From the NCBI RefSeq assembly GCF_964355755.1, contig NC_092671.1, positions 38,760,304 through 38,824,303 of the forward strand: DNA of 64,000 nucleotides, read 5' to 3'. Source of the DNA: Antedon mediterranea (lineage: Eukaryota > Animalia > Echinodermata). Shown here in pieces: positions 56,939 through 64,000 of the stretch (positions are counted from its first letter, which is position 1; each line of letters begins with the position of its first letter). The position numbers were made by a program, and so were the translations under genes. The notes beneath the pieces were generated by a model. The model made no database searches, had not been told where the DNA came from, and was given only the letters and a program-made list of their open reading frames with translations.

Positions 56939-57061
56939 AAGCTCTGTCTACACTATCAAACTATTTTGACAAAAATAGTGTGATGTGCCCAAATATGGTA
57001 GTGATATGACATGTCCATATATGGGCACATCACATAAAGTTTGATAGTGTAGACAGAGCTT
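56939..57061. mobile_element. MITE family A copy (internally deleted)
   Basis: Perfect TIRs. Confidence 0.78.
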
Positions 57062-58375
57062 AAGGGTATCCTCATATGTCAGTACTGTTAACTACAGCAC
57101 TACTCCTTCTGTCCACGACAGTAACCCCCTACTTATCTCGAAAGATGTAATAGGTTCTGTAAAGTACACAGCATTCCGTGTATACTGGACCTACGGTTTA
57201 TAGTTCTAATCTGAAAAGACTTGTTCTACCACCAGAACCATGGAGCGGGTGAGCCTCAAACCCGTGCCATAAGGATTATGATTACAATGTCTTAACGCCA
57301 GTGTTTTATTATAGGGCCACGCTTAGACCAATAGAATATTAATACGAACCAACAAACAAACCTACTGAACCATGACATTACAGTATTGAATATTGTTTAA
57401 AAGTTTGCATGGCGTATAAACACTAGTAAAGCTAAGCTTGTGGTACACAATAGAAAATAAAGTTGAATACTTTACTAGTATTATTGTTACTATATCTTGA
57501 CAAGACACAGTACTGTACAATGGCATAAGTAACGGTGGGGAATATGATGGGTTAAAAAATAATGTTTTCTATGTCAAGTTAGTTACTGGATTTTTAAAGT
57601 TTACAAAAAGGCCAATGGCAAGCAAGTAACTTATGGTAATCTAGTTGGTGGGTATTCTTTAGTAGAATTTATCACGTATTATCAATATCTATAATATACA
57701 CTCTAATGTTATAAATATGCTGTATTTAAACTAGATACAGACATGAATTTACTTTACTTAGATATTCAGAATAAGCATTTTGCAGGACATTCTTCTACAA
57801 TCTTGAATTATCAATAGAATTAAAAATAATCATGTATTACACTTAAACATTAATATAATTTTATAAACATATTTGCATTCTATGTGCTCAAACAACATAC
57901 TTAAAATCTGGATTATACTTACAACAATTCAAAACAATTAAAACAATAAAATATATATATATATATTTATACCATAAGGTATTTAATTAATTTATAAACA
58001 TGGCTTACAATCTTACACAAATAATGTAGTAAGATTATAAGCTTATGTCTTAAACCGAGAACAATATTTGTATTTCTTTCTAGAACTGGTGAGACTGTTT
58101 CTGTTAATCAAGAATCATTGTTTGATCGGACACTGAACTATTTTGCTCAAGATCGATGGACTTCTTTTTTCAAACACTGGTAACTAAGAGCCTCAAGAAG
58201 AACATAATCATTGATTGTTCGGACAGTGCAATTTTTTCTGAAGGTTGATGGCTTCTTTTTTCAGACAATGACACTGGTTAAGGAGAGCCTCAAGAAAAAC
58301 AGATGTACACTTCATCCTCAATACACAAATTGAATAGAGCAACAATAAAAACAACAACTGTATTGATACAACTGA

Positions 58376-61300
58376 TCAGTTCCAATCATTAGTTCTGTCA
58401 ACAGTATGTATATCATCTCTAATGGAAGCAATATCATCTTCAAATGATAAAATACCTCCGACAATTTCTACACCTCCTTCATCACTAAATTCATCCACAT
58501 CTACTGGTTGACCGTCATTATCGTCTCTAACCAATCCATTGTCATCAAAACACGAATTTGAATTTTGATTGGAATTAAAACTCATCTGATCGTCCGTATT
58601 CGATGACGCGTAAGCAACTAGATCGTTCTCGCTTGTGGTGGTGCTATTTTCTATCGATGTTTCGCGAGATTCGTCCTCATGTCGCACGGAATTCGTTCTG
58701 GGTGTTGGTCCTCCGTAATGATTTTCATTTATGCTTATTTCCCTATCGTCATCATCTGCGAGGCCTTGTGAAAATTTCAGGGTACCATTTAAAATGTCTT
58801 TAACCTGTAAATAGAAGAAATGTAATACTCAAAAAGTTTGAATTGTGCTAGTATCAAGCACATTCGAATGTGAAATTTGTACCCAAATTTGAAAAATATA
58901 ACAATGTAAATATTACCTACCTGTTTAAGACCAGCAATTGACAACAACAGGTCATCTTCTGTGCCATCTTTGTCATGTTTAAGTAGTTCCTCTTGCATTT
59001 GCACTACAAATGATAAATATTACCAATAATCATAGATAAGATCAACATGGAAAATAAGAATGGCAAATGTTAATTGAAAACATTTATAAAATACACGATA
59101 AATACTTGAAAATAAAAGAAAAAAATTTGCATTGTATTCGAGTTCTACACAAGAACATTCTTGTCAGATAAAAAAAAATTGATTTGCTAATAAAGAAATG
59201 ATTATTACTCGTTAAAAACTTACTTAAGTGAGCCTCCATCTTGGTTGCGCAATATCTACGTAGCGCCTGCATGTCATTTAATCGTCCTTGAAGGTGTCGT
59301 ACTTCCTGCTCCAGTTGATTATAATCCTGTAGGTCAAAGTTCAAATGAAATAATATTGTTTAATTAATCAATCGTTATTTTTCTTCATAAAACAGATAAA
59401 GATTGAGGACATAAAAAAGCCTGAAAATGAAGATCTGGGTCATAGTATTCTAATGTGTTTATACAGATGCCTTTAAAGCCCTGCCTACATTATCAAACTA
59501 GTTTGTCAAAAAAACAAATGTGCTTAAATATGGTATTGATATGCCCAAACATCATCATGTCCATATATAGGCACATTAAATGTGATAGTGTAGATTGATA
59601 GAGCTTAGAGTATGGTCATTATATCCAATACAAGATGTTTGGCAACTACATTGTATTACATAACATACTCACATCCTGAGAGTTGTTCTTCTTGTTCTTA
59701 GTTTTCAATGGTGGTGTGGACTTAGCCACAGGTGCAGGGCTCTCATCAACTGGTGTTCCGTCAGGAGTGAGTGTGCTCATTTGCGTCGGAGCACGGCTAA
59801 CAACTGCTCCTCCTTTTGAAGATGCAGTTTTAGCAGAGGGCAGCGGTCTGACAGTGACCGATATGCCATCAGATGCTCCACCGAGTGGGTGAGGTGAGGT
59901 GGTGCCTGAATTAGTGTAGATAAAAACAATTTTAAAAAAACAATTGCTATATGAGAAAGTTTAAACAGGGTGTTAAAATAATTTAGCAACTCCTTGGTTT
60001 CAATAAGGATCTTGAATAATGCAATCTGTGCCAACCACACACCTTCCCTGGACCCCACAACCCTCCCTGGCCCCTACAACCTTCCCTGGCCCCACCAACC
60101 CTCCCTGGCCCTAACAACCCTCCATGGTCCCCACAACCCTCTCTGTCACCACAACCCACCCTGACAACCCACACCCATCCCTGACCCCCACGCTCTTCCG
60201 TGACCCCAAACCACTCCCTGACCCCCACACCTCTCCCACAATAATACTCTACTTTTTAGTAAGTGTAATATGTTTACCTTCAGAGATGTCTGATGGGTCA
60301 CTGGTGGACTTCGGTACTTTCTTCTCGCCCACCCTGCCTTTAGCTGTTATACGTTTTAAACTATTAAAACCTGACGTCACAACAGCTGTTGTCTTATTTT
60401 TGATATTTTGAATCTGTCTTGAATTCTGGTTCCCTGCACGACTTGAAGTTTGAAGATTTGAAAGCATTTGAAACTGGTAGTTGGCTGGCCTTGCATATTT
60501 CTGAAAATGATGATAGTCAATCAATAACAAGGAATGTAAGAAAGAATAAATTGAAAAATAAATAAAAATAATTTAAAACTCACTGATGGATCGCGAAGAT
60601 GTAATGCTTTGTTGATCAGAAAATGTACGTCTCCGATTGGTGGAAACCTCATTAATAACGTCATACATTTAGCATAATCACTGGAAATTACTATAAAAAA
60701 TACAAAATAAATATGAATGAACAAAACTCATGAAAGAACACATACTGTTTGTGAACAAGATATTTGGGAGCTTTCGTTTTGCAATGACAGACATCATGCT
60801 AGTTCATTGTGCGCATGTGTAGATGAGTAGGATTGATGGTTTCTATGTCCAGACGAATGATGACACATTGATTGACCTTTTTACTATTTTCTACAAATTT
60901 TATTTATCACAAAAAAAAATGAAATCACATTTACTGTATTACACCTTATTATTCATGTCATTAATTCTGAAAAAAAAAAAGGTTAAAATTGAAAAAATTA
61001 AAATTAAAATTGAATACTCACATAATTCTCGTACGAGCACCAACATAGCTACAAATATATAATCAACTAAATCTAATGTTGCACTATCACTAAAAATGGC
61101 ATCCCATAATACTAACAGGTCTTGAAGTATAACCTCACGTCCAAAGAGTAACCGTACCCACCGTCTACCAAATAAAATAAATAAATATGTTAATATATTC
61201 CAAGAAGTTCAAAAAAGTTAATTTCTTTGTTGGAAAGAAATGTTTAGGTCTTAAATCATAGGCAGCTATGAAGGGCCGAGCTATGAAGGGCCAAGCTATG

Positions 61301-63077
61301 AAAGGCCGAGCTATGAAGGGCCAAGCTATGAAGGGTCAAGCTATGTAGGATCAAGCTATGAAGGACCAAGCTATGAGCGGTCAAGCTATGATGGGTAAAG
61401 CTATGAACGGTCAAGCTATGTAGGGTCAATCTACGAAGGGTCAAGCTACGAAGGGCCAAGCTACGAAGGGCCAAGCTACAAAGGTCCAAGCTACAAAGGG
61501 CCAAGCTACGAAGGGCCGAGCTACGAAGGGCCGAGCTACGAAGGGTCGAGCTACGAAGGGTCGAGCTACGAAGGGTCGAGCTACGAAGGGTCGAGCTACG
61601 AAGGGTCAAGCTATGAAGGGTCAAGCTACGAAGGGCCAAGCTACGAAGGGCCAAGCTACGAAGGGCCAAGCTACGAAGGGTCCAGCTACGAAGGGTCCAG
61701 CTACGAAGGGTCGAGCTACGAAGGGTCGAGCTATGAAGGGTCGAGCTATGAAGGGTCGAGCTATGAAGGGTCAAGCTATGAAGGGTCAAGCTATGAAGGG
61801 TCAAGCTATGAAGGGTCAAGCTATGAAAGGTCAAGCTATAAAGGGTCCAGCTATGAAGTATCAAGTAAGCAAGTTATATATATTGTTTAAATATGTATAT
61901 ATCTGGTATTATGAAAAGCTTCATTAAATGAAATTTACTGCTTCCACTAAATTTTTTCCAATATATACAGTACATTTTTTGAAGTTTTTTGTACACTATA
62001 TCATCAAAAAGCTAATATAAATATAGATCATGTTCCAAATATGAGCACTGTTTCAATAATTTGACAGTATGATTTATATATAATTTACACAGTCCTACAC
62101 AACACAATTGATTTTTATATATAAATTATATACTTTATTTTATATTATTAAATCTAAATGCAAATTACTGAAAAAATGACAATGCTGTGGGTATCAGTGG
62201 CTGGATCTCAATGGAGATACAAAATAAAATAAGCACTGAAAAAATGACAATGCTGTGGGTATCAGTGGCTGGATCTCAATGGAGATACAAAATAAAAGCA
62301 AAAAGCTAAATCAAAGCGAGAAGTAAAACAGCCAGAAAAGTTAGCAGAGCTTTCGGGCAACACTAGCCCTTCATCAGTGCAAGTGCAGTGCTTTATTTTA
62401 TATTATATTATTTTACTTACATGCCATATATCTGAGGTTTAATATCAAGTCGATTTAGATGTTGATACAACTGTACATCTTGGCCCTTAAGGATCACTTC
62501 CTGTATTCTTGTTAAACGTAGAACAATAGGGGTTGACGGTGCATACTCTTCAGGTGTTTTGAAAAGTGGCTTGTCAAACTTGTCCCTAGCTAGAAATTTT
62601 CTATAATCTTCTCGTCCATGGCGATAACATGGCTCCATTGTTTCCATTAATTGTGTAAACATACAACTGAAATAAAAAAGTATATTTTATACATTTTTTA
62701 AACATTTTTTTTCTCGTCTTTTCTTTTAATAATCAATAATTAAACATTCTGCTGACCAATGGCAATATTATTCTGCTGACCAATGGCAATATTATTCTGC
62801 TGACCAATGCTAATCATTATTCTGCTGACCAATGCCAATATTATTCTGCTGACCAATGTCAATCATTATTCTGCAGACCAATGGCAATCATTATTCTGCT
62901 GACCAATGGCAATATTATGCTGCTGACCAATGTCAATCATTATTCTGCTGACCAATGTCGATCATTGTTCTGCTGACCAGTGTCGATCATTATTCTGCTG
63001 ACCAATGCTGATCATTAATTACTTACTATGCATCATGTTCTAAGTAAGTTGGATCTAATACTTCAGTGACGTAATCA
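58376..63077 (-). CDS. TBC1D5: TBC1 domain family member 5 (Rab7 GAP, retromer partner), 3' nine exons; gene continues past the window end
   Basis: Exons 63077-63027, 62666-62421, 61164-61022, 60690-60584, 60500-60278, 59905-59673, 59326-59224, 59003-58921, 58804-58376. Motifs: LEHDAYCMF, PQIYGIRWVRLLFGRE..LQDLLVLWDAIF, VDYIFVAML, GDVHFLINKAL.LRDP, AGLKQVKDIL. Confidence 0.92.
59476..59607. mobile_element. MITE family A copy, degenerate
   Basis: Degenerate TIRs; internal CATCATCATGTCCATATA. Confidence 0.6.
60035..60240. repeat. C-rich ~20-bp degenerate minisatellite
   Basis: CCCACAACCCTCCCTGG units. Confidence 0.8.
61256..61865. repeat. 15-bp minisatellite, ~40 copies, TBC1D5 intron
   Basis: Unit AGCTA(T/C)GAAGGG(T/C)C(A/G). 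Confidence 0.95.
62165..62297. repeat. Exact tandem duplication of ~65 bp
   Basis: ACTGAAAAAATGACAATGCTGTGGGTATCAGTGGCTGGATCTCAATGGAGATACAAAATAAAA occurs twice. Confidence 0.9.
62745..63015. repeat. 23-26-bp minisatellite, ~11 copies, next to a TBC1D5 donor site
   Basis: Unit ATTATTCTGCTGACCAATG(G/T)CAAT(C). Confidence 0.9.
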
Positions 63078-63458
63078 CTATAAGAAAAAAAAAACTGGTT
63101 ATCTAACAACAATAATATCACATATTTTTTATTTATATTATAAAATTTTATTTGTGTAAATATTAGTGAGTTATGCAAAGAAATAACAGAATTTGAAAAA
63201 TGTAAAATCAATCAATGGTTAACAATTTCATTAAAAAAAATATAAATCTTGTTTATTGTATAATTTGTTAATTGATGATTAGTATTATTTTGCCAGCGGA
63301 TTGTCAATGTCTGTCACTTGTCCTAACAAACATACTGTACATTCTCTGTAAAACATTTTCATATTATGTCATCTAATTGGAACAACAGAATGAGAAATGC
63401 TCACTATACACTAATACACTATACCTACCAGTATTTCTATTTAAACAAATTTCTGTTT

Positions 63459-63614
63459 AGCTCTGTCTACACTATCACACTAGTTTGATAAAAAAAAAAG
63501 TGTGATGTACCCAAATATGGTAGTGATATCACCAAATATGGTAGTTATATGACATCATCCTGTCCATATATAGGAACATCACATTTTGTCACATAAAGTT
63601 TGATAGTGTAGCTT
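63459..63614. mobile_element. MITE family A copy
   Basis: Same TIRs, right end truncated. Confidence 0.7.
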
Positions 63615-64000
63615 TACATAAATGATTACATCACACATCAAACTGAGCTATATTTTGAACTACAATTTATAATACTCTTATACCTTATACCTTATACCTA
63701 TCTATTATAGTTTATAGGAGGACCTATTTCTGCTACAAAGAAGTACACACCAATCGTAAATTTTAGTATATTTTGTGAACTGAACTTGTACAGTTTTATA
63801 GATTTAACACCCTCTAGTAAACAACACTACAAACATACATGTCACACAAAATATTCTTTATAACAACCCACACTGAAAATTACTATCAAATTATAAAATG
63901 GATGTTGTGAGATTTTAGATAGAAAAGTAATCAGACAAATAGGGTTAGTAGTTGAAAAATAAGAAATATTTGTAGTAAATAAATGTAAAAAATCGATAGA

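Noticed and set aside
61256-61927. Repetitive ORFs (HSLTL / MKGQA repeats)
   Set aside because: Translations of an intronic 15-bp minisatellite; TBC1D5 splices in frame without them.

Overview
AT-rich, intron-rich animal DNA, probably from a marine invertebrate; the taxon cannot be fixed from sequence alone. Genes were reconstructed by hand from splice sites and reading frame. In order they are: the last exon of glutamate decarboxylase (GAD, +); a complete 13-exon histidine decarboxylase (HDC, +); three tandem single-coding-exon GT31 beta-1,3-glycosyltransferases (-), the third with one in-frame TAG; and a 15-exon NRAMP/SLC11 transporter with a short, plant-like TM7-8 loop (+). Next come HSPBAP1 (-) and NDUFA8 (+) head-to-head on a 150-bp promoter. 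A 6-exon SPO16/SCRE (C1orf146)-like meiotic gene (-) follows, almost invisible in the ORF track, whose C-terminal HhH-like domain is joined by an AT-AC (U12-type) intron. The window ends with the 3' nine exons of TBC1D5 (-). Introns and intergenic DNA are dense with MITEs, helentron-like elements, LINE fragments and mini/microsatellites, one built from a MITE terminus. No CRISPR array, rRNA or convincing tRNA gene was seen. Comparisons to known proteins are from memory, not database searches.
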